Shown here: one piece after another, positions 11,459 through 22,294 of the stretch
How positions within the stretch are numbered: position 1 is the stretch's first letter
How the letters are laid out: each line of letters starts with the position of its first letter
Origin: an uncultured Spirochaetota bacterium
GTDB lineage: Bacteria; Spirochaetota; Spirochaetia; SZUA-6; Fen-1364
Direction of reading: 5' to 3'
Assembly (NCBI GenBank): GCA_963781885.1
Contig: CAWAHW010000005.1
Span: 256,001-320,000, forward strand
DNA length: 64,000 nt
Notes under the pieces: generated by a model
Seen by the model: the letters and a program-made list of their open reading frames with translations, nothing else
Told to the model about the DNA's origin: nothing
The model's database searches: none
Translations under genes and position numbers: made by a program

Positions 11459-12226
11459 ATGGGAGGGCCCATTCTCACGATCAAAGGACTCTGTAAATCC
11501 TTCGGCGCTCTCCTTGCACTCGACAACGTTGATATAGAAATAGTCGCCGGCAGCATTCACGGCATCATCGGCCCGAACGGATCGGGAAAGACCACACTTT
11601 TCAATTGCATTACAGGCCTCCTCTCGCCTGACTCCGGCACAATTGCCATGGAGGACAGGGAGATCACCGGGAAGCGCGCCGACCTCATCTCCAATCTCGG
11701 GATACGGCGCACATTCCAGTCGGGCAAGCTCGTTCCGAGCTTGACGGTGCGGGAGAACGTGATGTGCGGCATCAACGACAAGGTCGGAAGAGCAGCCGTG
11801 GACGCGGCGTTCCGCCTTCCCTTCGTCCGCTCGCGGCGCGAGGACGAAATCTGCGACCGGGCCGAAAAGGTCCTCGGCCTCGTGGGCATGGCAGACAGCG
11901 CGAACCGGTGGGCCAGCGACCTTGTCTGGACGGAACGCCAGCTCGTCCAGATCGCCCGCGCGCTGGTCACCCAGCCGCGGCTCCTTCTCCTGGACGAGCC
12001 CGCCTCCGGCATGGGGGTGAAGGAAATTGAAAAGGTTGAGGAGATCATCACGCGCATCCGGGCGATGGGCATCACGGTGGTCGTGGTCAGCCACGACGTG
12101 AAGATGCTCATGAACCTGTCGGAAATGGTCACGGTGCTCAATTTCGGCCAGAAGATCGCCGAGGGTGTGCCGGAAGCCATTCAGAAAGATCCCCGTGTGC
12201 TGGAGGCCTACCTTGGCGTCCAGTAG
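11459..12226 (+). CDS. Branched-chain amino acid-type ABC ATPase (LivG-like)
   Basis: GPNGSGKTT, LLLDEP, C-terminal V.EAYLG. Confidence 0.9.
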   Translation: MGGPILTIKGLCKSFGALLALDNVDIEIVAGSIHGIIGPNGSGKTTLFNCITGLLSPDSGTIAMEDREITGKRADLISNLGIRRTFQSGKLVPSLTVRENVMCGINDKVGRAAVDAAFRLPFVRSRREDEICDRAEKVLGLVGMADSANRWASDLVWTERQLVQIARALVTQPRLLLLDEPASGMGVKEIEKVEEIITRIRAMGITVVVVSHDVKMLMNLSEMVTVLNFGQKIAEGVPEAIQKDPRVLEAYLGVQ

Positions 12227-12977
12227 CGCGGCCGCTCCCTTCCGCGGTAACCGCGGAGTTGGCGGCATTCCGGCACCCCTGCTTTCCATCGAATCGCTTT
12301 CCGTGTCCTACGGCCACATCCGGGCCTTGAAAGGAGTGAGCCTCGAGGTCAATCGCGGCGAGATCGTCGTGCTCATCGGCGCCAACGGCGCGGGCAAGAC
12401 CACGCTTCTGGAGTCGGTGCTCGGCATCAACGCGCAGGTGACGGGCAGCGTCATCTTCGACGGGAAATCCATCAAGGGCCGCGCGGCGGACCGCAATGTC
12501 CGCTCAGGTTTGTGCCTCGTCCCGGAGGGACGCGGCGTTTTCGCCTCGATGAGCGTCCTGGACAATCTCCTCCTGGGCGCGCACAACAATATGCGCAACG
12601 TCACGGCGCACCTGGACCGGGTCTACGAATGGTTTCCCATCCTCCGACAGAGGCGCGACCAGGTGGCGCGCACCCTGAGCGGCGGCGAGCGCCAGATGCT
12701 CGCGATTGGACGCGCGCTCATGTCCGCGCCCCGCCTCATCATGGTGGACGAGCCCTCCATCGGGCTTGCGCCGATCGTCGTGAACGACATCTTTGCCATA
12801 TTGAAGAAGCTCAACGCGGAAGGTTATACGATCCTTCTCTCGGAGCAGAACGCGTACAAGGCGCTGCAGTGCGCGCACCGCGGCTACGTGATGGAAACTG
12901 GGCTTGTGACGCTCGCGGGGTCCTCCGCGCGCCTGTTGAGCGACCCCGGCGTCAAAGCCGCGTATCTGGGGGCATAG
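12213..12977 (+). CDS. Branched-chain amino acid-type ABC ATPase (LivF-like), start uncertain
   Basis: GANGAGKTT, VPEGR, LSGGERQMLA, EQNA. Confidence 0.9.
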   Translation: MASSSAAAPFRGNRGVGGIPAPLLSIESLSVSYGHIRALKGVSLEVNRGEIVVLIGANGAGKTTLLESVLGINAQVTGSVIFDGKSIKGRAADRNVRSGLCLVPEGRGVFASMSVLDNLLLGAHNNMRNVTAHLDRVYEWFPILRQRRDQVARTLSGGERQMLAIGRALMSAPRLIMVDEPSIGLAPIVVNDIFAILKKLNAEGYTILLSEQNAYKALQCAHRGYVMETGLVTLAGSSARLLSDPGVKAAYLGA

Positions 12978-12980
12978 GGC

Positions 12981-13865
12981 ATGCAGGTTTTCATCGCCCA
13001 GGTCATCAACGGTCTTTCGACGGGAAGCATTTACGTGCTCCTCGTCACCGGCTTCAATCTCCTTCTTCTCGTGGCGATGATCATCCACTTCTCCTACCCG
13101 CAAGTAGTTGTCTTTTCCATGTATATAGCGTGGCTGGTGATGAAGTACACGGGCAACAGCGTCGTGCTGGGAATCCTCGCGGCCCTCGCCTCGTCCATTC
13201 TGCTGAGCCTCATTTCGGCACCGCTCTTCCAGAAGGTCATGAAGAAGCGCGGAGAGGTGGACATCAACACCAGCATGGTGCTTTCGATGGGCATCGGGAT
13301 GATCATCACGGATATTCTCTCCCACGCGTTCAACAGCGGCCTTCCCATCGCTTTCCCTGCTTCCCTCGTCGGCAGCGCCCCGCTGTTGCGCATCGGCCTG
13401 ATCAGCGTCACGACGGGCCAGGTGTGGTCGATGGGGATCGGCATCGTCGTCGTCAGCCTCTTCTTTCTGCTGCTCTACCGCACCCGGGCGGGCCGGGCCT
13501 TTCGTGCGATCGCGGAGGACCCCAGCGGCGCACGGCTGGTGGGCATCCCGCTCCTTCGCACCGGCCTGTACAGCTACACCCTTTCCGGGCTTCTCGGGGG
13601 AACCATCGCCGTGATGTTTGCCATGCTCCTGGGGTATGCCTCCCCGGGGCTGGGTGAGCAGGTTGCGCACAAGGTGCTCGCCGTCTCCATCATCGCGGGC
13701 CTGGGGAACCTCGTCGGTGGGCTCTTTGTCGGGCTTGGCCTGGGGATCCTGGAGGCGCTGGTCCAGGGCTACGTTCCGGGCTCCTGGTCGAATGCCATTG
13801 CATTCGTCATCATGCTCGTCATTATCCTGGTGAAGCCGAAGGGTCTCTTCGGCTCAAAGTTGTAG
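12981..13865 (+). CDS. Branched-chain amino acid-type ABC permease (LivH-like)
   Basis: Hydrophobic protein, GRAFRA..ED, KPKGLFG. Confidence 0.88.
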   Translation: MQVFIAQVINGLSTGSIYVLLVTGFNLLLLVAMIIHFSYPQVVVFSMYIAWLVMKYTGNSVVLGILAALASSILLSLISAPLFQKVMKKRGEVDINTSMVLSMGIGMIITDILSHAFNSGLPIAFPASLVGSAPLLRIGLISVTTGQVWSMGIGIVVVSLFFLLLYRTRAGRAFRAIAEDPSGARLVGIPLLRTGLYSYTLSGLLGGTIAVMFAMLLGYASPGLGEQVAHKVLAVSIIAGLGNLVGGLFVGLGLGILEALVQGYVPGSWSNAIAFVIMLVIILVKPKGLFGSKL

Positions 13866-13869
13866 GGGG

Positions 13870-14775
13870 ATGACGGTGCCGCTGCCGCTCTACTACTACA
13901 TGGCCATCGCCGCAGTGAACATTCTTCTGAGCTGGGCCATGTACCTCCCCTATAGGGTGGCACACCTGCACTTCATCGTCGTGGCGAACATGGCCATCTC
14001 CGGCTACACGGCGGCTTACCTCGTCATGAATCTCCACGTGCCCTTTGGCCTTGCGCTCGTCGCGGGTTTCGCATTGGGGGGCATCATCGGGTTCATTGTT
14101 TCCCTTTTCATTGGGGATGCGCCGACATTCGCCGTCGTCATCGTCGGATTTACATTCATCTTTATCACGCGCACCGTCATCGAGAACCTCAAGGCGGTGG
14201 GCGGGGCTTTGGGCATGTTCGGCCTCCCCAATATCGCGGCCACCCCAGGAGCCCACCGCTGGACCATGCTCGCCATCCTGTATGGCCTTGTGCTCCTTGT
14301 GGGATTCCTCATCCACAGGTTTGACAACTCGCGGCTGGGAAGGGCTGCCTCCGCCGTATTTGTCGACAAGGAGCTCGCCGCCTCGCTCGGAGTGGACATC
14401 AAAAAGCTCGGCATGCTCCTGCAGACGTTCAGCTGCACCATCGCGGGCGGCATCGGCGTGTTGTACGGTTTCATCTACAAGAGCCTGTACCTGACCTTCT
14501 TCGATTTCTCGCTGGTCGGCATCGCAATGACCGTCATCTTCGTGGGGGGATACGCGACGCAGTGGGGCGCGCTGGTGGTCGCTCCCATCCTCTACGGCGT
14601 CCCGCTTCTCTTCCCGCCTGCCATCCAGTCCTGGCGCATCGTCATCTACGGGGCGCTTCTCATCCTTGTCCTGGTGCTCAAACCGGAGGGCTTCCTCACG
14701 CGACGATTCGTTTATACTCTAGGCAGCTTTCTTTCGGGACACCGAAAGAAAAATCATAGACAGGAGGACATATGA
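13870..14775 (+). CDS. Branched-chain amino acid-type ABC permease (LivM-like)
   Basis: Hydrophobic protein, SRLGRA, KPEG; operon position. Confidence 0.85.
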   Translation: MTVPLPLYYYMAIAAVNILLSWAMYLPYRVAHLHFIVVANMAISGYTAAYLVMNLHVPFGLALVAGFALGGIIGFIVSLFIGDAPTFAVVIVGFTFIFITRTVIENLKAVGGALGMFGLPNIAATPGAHRWTMLAILYGLVLLVGFLIHRFDNSRLGRAASAVFVDKELAASLGVDIKKLGMLLQTFSCTIAGGIGVLYGFIYKSLYLTFFDFSLVGIAMTVIFVGGYATQWGALVVAPILYGVPLLFPPAIQSWRIVIYGALLILVLVLKPEGFLTRRFVYTLGSFLSGHRKKNHRQEDI

Positions 14776-15929
14776 AGAAAGCACTTGGGCTGATTCTTGT
14801 GGCGCTTTTCCTGGCCTCGGGGCTCGGCTTCGGCCAGACGGTCGTCGCCAAGGAATGGGACATTCCTTTCCTGAACTGCCTCACCGGCCCCATCGCCGCC
14901 TACGGCGAGCTCTTCCAGTGGAGCGCCGAACGCGCCGCATCGGAGATCAACGCGGCCGGCGGCATCAAGGGCAAGCTCGTGAAGATCGTCGGCGTCGACA
15001 CCGGCTCCGACCCGCAGAAGGGTGCCGCGGACATGGCGTTCCTGGTGAACAGCACCCTCGTGGCCCTGGGCCCGGTTCCCGAGCCGGTCATCCTCGCCTC
15101 CATGCCCATCGCGGTGGAGGCCAAAATGGTCTCGATGACGGTGAGCACCTCGTACGAGTACGCCGCCAAGTTCTTCCCATGGACGGTGTCCTTCCTTCCG
15201 CCGACGGAGCAGCGACTTGCCCCGCTCGTCGCGGCCTGGGCGAAGAAGTTCCCCTCCATGAAGAAGGTCGTCCAGATCATGACCAACTACGGCCCCTGGC
15301 CCGGAATGGTCGATGCGCATGCGAAGGGGCTCACGTCCCTGGGCATCACGATGCTGCAGAACGTCGAGGTCCCGCAGGACGCGGTGACTTTCGGCCCGCT
15401 CGTCGTGAAGGCCCTGGACCAGAAGCCTGACGGCATCGTCATCTCCACATTCCCCGACAAGACGGCCAAGATCATCCAGGAGCTGAAGAGCCGCGGCTGG
15501 ACAAACATGAACCAGGTCCTGATATTCTCCAGCGGCGACGGTCCGGACCTCTACTCGACGGGAGGCAAGGATCTCAACGGCGTGTACATCTACAACTACC
15601 TCAACCCCGACTTCTCAAGCCCGCGCTGGGACGCGATGAAGGCCGCCTACAGCAAGGATCACAACGGCACCGAGGCGCCGAGCCTCCTCACCAACTACTA
15701 CGACGCTGTTTTCATGATCAAGGAAGCCATTGAGAAGACCGCTGTCACGGGGGATCCCTCGAAGCTCGCCGCCGAGCGCAAGATGATCTCCGACTACATC
15801 GCCAACGTGAAGGGCTTCCAGGGCGTCATGGGCGCCTGGGACATGGTCAACGGCGTTGCGATGAACAAGCCCAACTATATCTTCATGATCCAGGATGGGA
15901 AGAAGGTCAACGCGACCGTGGTGCGCTGA
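14772..15929 (+). CDS. ABC substrate-binding protein (LivJ/K fold)
   Basis: Signal peptide, LTGPIAAYG, EINAAGGIKG. Confidence 0.88.
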   Translation: MKKALGLILVALFLASGLGFGQTVVAKEWDIPFLNCLTGPIAAYGELFQWSAERAASEINAAGGIKGKLVKIVGVDTGSDPQKGAADMAFLVNSTLVALGPVPEPVILASMPIAVEAKMVSMTVSTSYEYAAKFFPWTVSFLPPTEQRLAPLVAAWAKKFPSMKKVVQIMTNYGPWPGMVDAHAKGLTSLGITMLQNVEVPQDAVTFGPLVVKALDQKPDGIVISTFPDKTAKIIQELKSRGWTNMNQVLIFSSGDGPDLYSTGGKDLNGVYIYNYLNPDFSSPRWDAMKAAYSKDHNGTEAPSLLTNYYDAVFMIKEAIEKTAVTGDPSKLAAERKMISDYIANVKGFQGVMGAWDMVNGVAMNKPNYIFMIQDGKKVNATVVR

Positions 15930-15958
15930 GGCGCAGCGCGGGCAATCCGCGCAAATGG

Positions 15959-15989
15959 AAAAAAAGGGGCTCCCCCGGGGGCCCCTTTC
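15959..15989. terminator. Bidirectional intrinsic terminator
   Basis: A-run + GGGGCTCCC/GGGGCCCC stem + T-run between convergent genes. Confidence 0.7.
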
Positions 15990-16957
15990 TATTTCACGCT
16001 CATGTCCCGAAAGGAGGGCACGCCGCGCAGCTTCTCCGCCGAGCGCACGGCATTCACCACCGCCTGCGCCGTTACCTCGGCAGCGAGTGCCCCCACGCGG
16101 TTTGGATCCGCTTGCTGCTGCCCCGCGCCCATGCAGAAAATGACATCCCCGTCCCCCAGCGTATGCACGGGATTTATTGTCCGCGCCAGACCATCCTGCG
16201 CCATGATTGCGATGCGCGTCGCGGTGGCCTTCGTCAGCAGCGCGTTTGTGGCCACGACGCCGATGGTCGTGTTGGTGGGAAAGCCTTCCTTGTAAAGGCC
16301 GTCGGCCGATCTGAGCAGGCTCATTGCGCCGGCGATTCTGCTCCTGTCTGCGGTGAGTGTGCCTGCCAGAAGCACCCCGGTCGCGGGGTCCGAGACGTCA
16401 CCGTTGCAGTTCACGACGACCAGCGCGCCAACGACGAGGCTGCCCACCTGCACGCTCGCCGTGCCCAGACCGCCTTTCATCATGCCCTTGATATTCCCGA
16501 CAAGCCTTCCGATGGCGGCCCCCGTGCCTGCCCCGACATTTCCCTGGCGTTTTTCGTGCGCGGAAGCGTTGTCGCACGCGGCGTAGCCCATCGCAGCGTC
16601 AGGCCGCGCTTTTCCTTCCGTGAAGCCCAGATCGTTGAGGACCGCGCCCGGAACGATCGGGACGAGCGCCACACCGACGTCGAAGCCGATCCTGCGTTCC
16701 TCCAGGAACCGCATGATCCCTCCGCCGCAGTCAAGGCCGTATGCGCTTCCCCCGGCAAGAAAGACCGCGTGTGCGACCGGAATGACATTCTCCGGGCGCA
16801 GCGCATCGGTCTCGCGCGTGCCCGGCGCGCCGCCGGATGCGCTCACACCCGTCACCGCGCCCGCGCGGCAGATAATGACCGTGCAGCCGGTGCCCCCCTC
16901 CAGGTCCTGGGCGTGACCGACCTCGATGCCGGCGACGTCCGTGATGGAACCGCTCAT
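15989..16957 (-). CDS. P1/S58 family peptidase (DmpA-like aminopeptidase)
   Basis: ITDVAGIEVGH, GGAPGTRET, GNVGAGTG, NTTIGVVATNA, HT..DGD. Confidence 0.9.
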   Translation of the reverse strand: MSGSITDVAGIEVGHAQDLEGGTGCTVIICRAGAVTGVSASGGAPGTRETDALRPENVIPVAHAVFLAGGSAYGLDCGGGIMRFLEERRIGFDVGVALVPIVPGAVLNDLGFTEGKARPDAAMGYAACDNASAHEKRQGNVGAGTGAAIGRLVGNIKGMMKGGLGTASVQVGSLVVGALVVVNCNGDVSDPATGVLLAGTLTADRSRIAGAMSLLRSADGLYKEGFPTNTTIGVVATNALLTKATATRIAIMAQDGLARTINPVHTLGDGDVIFCMGAGQQQADPNRVGALAAEVTAQAVVNAVRSAEKLRGVPSFRDMSVK

Positions 16958-17158
16958 GTGTCTGCCTCTCACGTGCTGAATTGATCCCCGAGCGGGAACG
17001 CCCACAAAGAGATGCCGCGGGGCGCAGATCGACATTGAACCCGGCGTGACGCCTTGTCAACGCGGCCACGGCGTCCCGTGGCTGCGCAAAATGACTCCGC
17101 TTGCACCGGCGCGCCAATTGCGTTAATCTCAGTGACACCCCTGTGAGGAGCATGCAAC

Positions 17159-18013
17159 ATGAGCGACATCAAGAAGATCATGATCCCTGACCTGCTGGCG
17201 ATGAAGAAAAGCGGAAAGAAAATTTCGATGATCACAGCGTACACGTTCCCGCAGGCGCAGTGCGTGGACGAGGCGGGCATCGACATCATCCTGGTGGGAG
17301 ACAGCCTCGGCATGGTCGAGCTGGGTTACAAGGACACCGTGCCCGTGACGATGGACGAGATGCTGAGCCATACGCGCGCGGTCATGCGCGGTGTGACGCG
17401 CAGCCACGTGGTGGGCGACATGCCCTTCATGTCGTACAACATCAGCCGCGAGCAGGCGGTGACGAATGCCGGCATCCTGTACAAGGACGGCGGATGCGAC
17501 TCGGTGAAGCTGGAGGGCGGCCAGGAGATGGCGCCCATGGTGAAGGCGATCGTCACGGCAGGCATCCCGGTTTTCGGCCATATCGGCCTGACCCCGCAGA
17601 CGGCGAACATGCTCGGCGGCTTCAAGGTGCAGGGCAAGTCGCTGGACGCCGCGCGCAAGGTGGTGGATGACGCGCTGGCCCTCGAAGAGGCGGGCGTCTT
17701 TGCCATCGTCCTGGAAGCCATTCCGCGGCAGCTCGCCGCGATCATCACGGAAAAGCTTTCCGTGCCGACAATCGGGATCGGCGGCGGCCTGTCGTGCGAC
17801 GGGCAGGTGCTCGTGCTCCACGACCTCGTGGGGCTCTTCCGCAGATTCACGCCAAAGTTCGTGAAGGTGTATGCCGACATCTATGCCGTCCAGCTCCAGG
17901 CGGTGAAGGCGTATGTTTCCGACGTGCAGGAAAAGAAATTCCCGGCGGAGGAACACACGTACACGATGAAGGATGAAGCGGTGGCCGAGCTCCGCAAGGC
18001 CCTGCACATGTAG
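17159..18013 (+). CDS. panB: 3-methyl-2-oxobutanoate hydroxymethyltransferase
   Basis: ILVGDSLGM, DMPFMSY, VKLEGG, GHIGLTPQ, DGQVLV.HD. Confidence 0.97.
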   Translation: MSDIKKIMIPDLLAMKKSGKKISMITAYTFPQAQCVDEAGIDIILVGDSLGMVELGYKDTVPVTMDEMLSHTRAVMRGVTRSHVVGDMPFMSYNISREQAVTNAGILYKDGGCDSVKLEGGQEMAPMVKAIVTAGIPVFGHIGLTPQTANMLGGFKVQGKSLDAARKVVDDALALEEAGVFAIVLEAIPRQLAAIITEKLSVPTIGIGGGLSCDGQVLVLHDLVGLFRRFTPKFVKVYADIYAVQLQAVKAYVSDVQEKKFPAEEHTYTMKDEAVAELRKALHM

Positions 18014-18024
18014 GGGACGCGGCC

Positions 18025-18969
18025 GTGATAGAAGCCCTCGGTCTGTCGAAACGGTACGGCACGCTGGAAGCAGTCCGCGACGTCTCGTTCACTGTCGGCG
18101 CGGGAGAGATACTCGGCCTGCTCGGACCCAACGGGGCGGGCAAGACCACGATCATGAAGATCCTCACCTGCGGGCTTTTCCCCACGGCCGGGACCGCCCG
18201 GGTGGGCGGCAACGACGTGCTGACGGCGCCGCTGGCAGTCAAGGAATCCATCGGCTATCTGCCGGAGAATGCCCCGCTGTATCCCGACCTCACGGTCCGT
18301 GAATACCTTCGATTCATCGGTGACGCCCGCGGTCTCCGCCGCGCGGAATGGCTGCGTGCCCTGGAGCGGGTCGTCGGCGCGTGCGCTCTTTCCGACGTGA
18401 TCGACCGGCCGATCGGCGAGCTGTCCAAGGGATACCGGCAGCGCACGGGGCTTGCGCAGGCGCTCCTGCACGATCCGCGCATCCTCATCCTCGACGAGCC
18501 TACGACAGGGCTGGATCCCAGCCAGATCGTGGAGATACGCGAGCTCATCCGCAAGCTGGGAACGGAAAGGACCGTCATGCTCTCCTCCCACATCCTCCAG
18601 GAGGTCGAGGCCACCTGCCATCGCGTCCTCATCCTGTCCGCGGGGAGGGTCGTCGCGCAGGGGACAAAGGAGGAGATGGAGCGGGGCATGCGCGGGGAGA
18701 CCCTTCTGGACCTCACCCTGCGCGCGCCTTCCGCGCTGGACACCGCGCCGCTTGCGAAGGTGCACGGCGTGCGGCGCATCGTCTCGGAGTCGGCCGGCCC
18801 GGAAGGCAGGCGGGAGCTGCGCCTGGCGCTCGCACCCGACGCGGGCGCGGAGGAGGCCGTATTCGATTGGGTCGCGTCGCAGGGGGCGAAGATCGTCGCC
18901 ATGGTGCCGCAGCGCATCAGCCTGGAGGACATCTTCCTTTCGCTCACGGAAAGGCAGCAGGAGACATGA
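18025..18969 (+). CDS. ABC-2 exporter ATPase (GldA-like)
   Basis: GPNGAGKTT, LSKGYRQR, DEPTTGLDP. Confidence 0.9.
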   Translation: MIEALGLSKRYGTLEAVRDVSFTVGAGEILGLLGPNGAGKTTIMKILTCGLFPTAGTARVGGNDVLTAPLAVKESIGYLPENAPLYPDLTVREYLRFIGDARGLRRAEWLRALERVVGACALSDVIDRPIGELSKGYRQRTGLAQALLHDPRILILDEPTTGLDPSQIVEIRELIRKLGTERTVMLSSHILQEVEATCHRVLILSAGRVVAQGTKEEMERGMRGETLLDLTLRAPSALDTAPLAKVHGVRRIVSESAGPEGRRELRLALAPDAGAEEAVFDWVASQGAKIVAMVPQRISLEDIFLSLTERQQET

Positions 18970-19685
18970 AGACCATGACCATTGCGCGCCGCGAGCTGCA
19001 GGCGGCGTTCAATTCCCCCGTCGCCTACATCGTCGCGGTTGCCTACCTCGTCTTCACGACCGTGTGGGTCTTTTTCCTCAACAGTTTCTTCGCCCAGAAC
19101 GAGGCGTCGCTCCGCGTCTACTTCACCATCGTGCCCACCGTGTTCATCTTCCTCGTTCCCGCCCTCACGATGCGCTCGTGGGCCGAGGAAAGGAGAATGG
19201 GGACGCTGGAGGTCCTTCTTTCACTCCCGTTCCGCGAAGGGGAGGTGGTGCTGGGAAAGTTCGTCGGCATCTTCGGGCTGCTCTTCCTCGTGGTCGTCCT
19301 GTCGCTTCCCCTGCCTCTCTCCCTCTCCCGTCTGGGGCTTTTCGACTGGGGACAGATCGCCGGGCAGTACATCGGGGTGCTCCTGATCGGCGCCGCCGGC
19401 ATCTCCGTGGGGCTTTTCATCTCGGCGTTGTCGACCAACCAGGTCGCCGCGTTCATCCTCACTGGTCTTGCACTCGTTGCGCTCACTCTTGCCGGCCAGC
19501 TTCAACAATTGGTCGGCATGCCGGACTGGCTTTCCGCCGCCCTGGGCTACGTTTCCTTCGGGCATCACTTCGACAGCTTCAACCGCGGCATCATTGACAG
19601 CCGCGACCTGCTCTATTTCCTGCTCGCCATCGCGCTCTTCCTCTTTCTGAACGTGCGGGTATTGGTGGTGAGGAAGTCGTCATGA
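18966..19685 (+). CDS. ABC-2 permease (GldF-like)
   Basis: ARREL..FNSP, TMRSWAEERR.GT. Confidence 0.88.
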   Translation: MKTMTIARRELQAAFNSPVAYIVAVAYLVFTTVWVFFLNSFFAQNEASLRVYFTIVPTVFIFLVPALTMRSWAEERRMGTLEVLLSLPFREGEVVLGKFVGIFGLLFLVVVLSLPLPLSLSRLGLFDWGQIAGQYIGVLLIGAAGISVGLFISALSTNQVAAFILTGLALVALTLAGQLQQLVGMPDWLSAALGYVSFGHHFDSFNRGIIDSRDLLYFLLAIALFLFLNVRVLVVRKSS

Positions 19686-21313
19686 GGGCGCGGGCAACCG
19701 GACACCAGCCGCGGAGCCCCGTCAAAACGCGCGAGCTTCAGCGCCGCGTGATTGCGCTGCTCGTCGTGCTCGACATGCTGCTCGCGTTCCTGGTGAGCGC
19801 GCGCTTCTTTTTCCGCGCGGACCTGAGCCGCAATGGGATCTACACGCTTTCCGCCGCCACGCGTTCCATGGCTGCGGGCCTGCCGGAGCCTCTTTCCATC
19901 ACCTATTACGTCTCCGACACGCTGCGCAGCCGCTCGCTTTTCCCCTCTCAGATCCAGGACCTGCTGGACGAATATGCCACGTGGTCGCGCGGCCGCATCA
20001 GCGTGCGCGCGGTGGACCCCCTGAAGTCCGGGCAGCCCGGCAACGTGGAATCGCTCGGGGTGCAGGCGCGGCAGATGCAGGTCGTGGAACGCGACCAGGT
20101 CAACGTTGCCACGGTCTACAGCGGCATCGTGCTGCGCTACCTCGACAGGGTCGCGGCGCTGCCATTCGTGTCCGATCTCTCCACGCTCGAATACGACCTT
20201 TCCTCGCAGATCCGCGCGCTCGTTTCCGCCCGCACGCGGACGATCGGCGTCCTGCTGGGAGACGCGCGCAGGAGCCTCGGCCAGGATTACCGCTACCTCC
20301 AGCAGGAGCTGGGCTTCCAGTTCAAGGTACAGGAGGTGGAGCGCGGCAACGCGATCCCCGCGGAGGTGGGTGTGCTCTTCGTGATCGGCACCCATGATAT
20401 GGACGACGCGGCAACCTTTGCCGTGGACCAGTTCATCATGCGCGGGGGCAAGGTGCTTTTCGCGGTGGACCCCGTGGACGTCGATCTTGCGGCGGGCCTC
20501 GCGGCTAGGGTAAACAAGAATACGGCGGTCGAAGACTCTCTCGGCGTTTACGGCGCCCGCGTCACCCCTGAGATCGTCCTGGACACGCTCGACCAGCGCA
20601 TCTCTTTCAGCATCCAGCAGGGCAGGTACATGATCGTGCCCTATCCCGCGTGGATCGCCGTTGCGGCGCGCAACGCGGATGCCACCCACCCCATCACCGC
20701 GCGCTTCGGCGGGCTGGACCTGTACTGGGCGGCGCCCGTGACGCCGATCGAGCGCCAGGGCGTGACGGCGGAGGTGCTTGCGCGGACGTCGCCGAACGCC
20801 TGGACGATGAAGGAGCCTTTTGAAACCAACCCGATGATCATGCAGACCATGAAGGGGCCGACGGAGGGATCCCCTTCCCAGATCGATGTCGCGCTGGCGC
20901 TCACGGGCACATTCCGAAGCGGCTATGCCGGCCGCCCGGTGCCGGCCCGGCCCGGCGACACGGCGTCGCCCCCTGCCGCAACGCAAAGCCCGCCGACACG
21001 CATCATCGTGGTGGGCGACGCCGCCTTTGCCTCGGACATCGCCCAGTATACGCAGGCGAGCTACAACATGACCTTCCTCTCCAATTGCGCCGAATGGCTT
21101 TCGCAGGAGGACGACCTGCTGGCGATCAAGACGCGCGCGCAGACCGACACGCGTCTGGACAGGCTTCCCGATCCGGCGGCAAAGGCCGCGGCGATGCAGA
21201 CAAGCATCGCGCTGAACGTTGCAATCGTGCCGCTTCTGGTCATCCTGGCGGGGGTGATCCGGCTCCTGCGGAGAAGGGGGCGAAAGCATGAGTCGCCGGG
21301 AGAATCGGCATGA
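19682..21313 (+). CDS. GldG-family ABC auxiliary protein
   Basis: DLS.N..YTLS, LEYDL, DQFIMRGG; operon position. Confidence 0.85.
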   Translation: MRARATGHQPRSPVKTRELQRRVIALLVVLDMLLAFLVSARFFFRADLSRNGIYTLSAATRSMAAGLPEPLSITYYVSDTLRSRSLFPSQIQDLLDEYATWSRGRISVRAVDPLKSGQPGNVESLGVQARQMQVVERDQVNVATVYSGIVLRYLDRVAALPFVSDLSTLEYDLSSQIRALVSARTRTIGVLLGDARRSLGQDYRYLQQELGFQFKVQEVERGNAIPAEVGVLFVIGTHDMDDAATFAVDQFIMRGGKVLFAVDPVDVDLAAGLAARVNKNTAVEDSLGVYGARVTPEIVLDTLDQRISFSIQQGRYMIVPYPAWIAVAARNADATHPITARFGGLDLYWAAPVTPIERQGVTAEVLARTSPNAWTMKEPFETNPMIMQTMKGPTEGSPSQIDVALALTGTFRSGYAGRPVPARPGDTASPPAATQSPPTRIIVVGDAAFASDIAQYTQASYNMTFLSNCAEWLSQEDDLLAIKTRAQTDTRLDRLPDPAAKAAAMQTSIALNVAIVPLLVILAGVIRLLRRRGRKHESPGESA

Positions 21314-22294
21314 GCTTCCGCACCTCTGTCACCGCCCTTGCGGCGGTATTCATCGTCCTGCTTGCTGCGTTGATCATGGGCGCAGTTTTTACACCGGAGT
21401 CCACGTCGAAAAGGGCGGCTGACGCGGCCCTCTTTCCGGGGCTGCATCCGTCGCTCGTCAGACAGATCGAGATCAGTGACGCAACGACCCGGCTGCTCGT
21501 CACAAAGGCGGCCGGCCAGGATGCCGCCGGGCAATGGCTGGACACTGGACATCGCGGGCGTTCCGTTTCCCGCCTCGCTGGCACGGGCAGACGGCTTTGT
21601 GACTAACATGGCAGCGTTGACGCGCGGCACCCTGGTGACCCGGGATGCCTCCTCCACGGCCTCGCTGGGCCTGGGAACCGGCTCGGGAAAGCGGGTCATC
21701 CTCCATGGCGCAGGCGGCGACGTGCTTGCCGAGCTCCGTGTGGGAAATGCGGCGACAGGCTCGCAGGGCATGTACGTTCAGCCAGCGGGCCGGGCAGAGG
21801 TCTACCTGACGGCAGCATCGCTTTCTTCGGCGCTGACGACGGACCGCACCTATTGGGCCGAGATGCGGATACTGCCGCAGGCCGTCACGGGAGATTCCAT
21901 AATCCGGCTTTCGGTCACGCAGAAGAAGGCTTTTGCCTGGACCGCTACGCGGGAGCCGAATGCGCAGAACGTGAATGTCTGGGTGATCGAAGGGAGGACG
22001 GGCCTCAAGATCCGGCAGGACAAGCTCAACTCGATCGCTTCATCGGTTGCCGGCATCTCAGGAGGCGACTTTCTTCTGAACCGGCAGCTTGCGCCGGACG
22101 CGTCGACCGCGCAGGCGGTCATCGAGGTCACGGGAAGCGACAACAGGTCATACACGCTGCTCTTCGGCGCCCGGCAGGCGGACGCGCGCTATCCCTGCGT
22201 TCTGGTGGGCAGCACGGTATCCTGGCTCGTGCCGGAATGGCGTTTTCAGGAAATCATCACGAGCGAAAAGGCGTTTACGACAGGCTCCCCGTAA
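21310..22294 (+). CDS. DUF4340-like protein, frameshifted near 21530
   Basis: N-terminal TM, usual position after GldG; ORFs 21310..21606 and 21476..22294 join. Confidence 0.65.
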
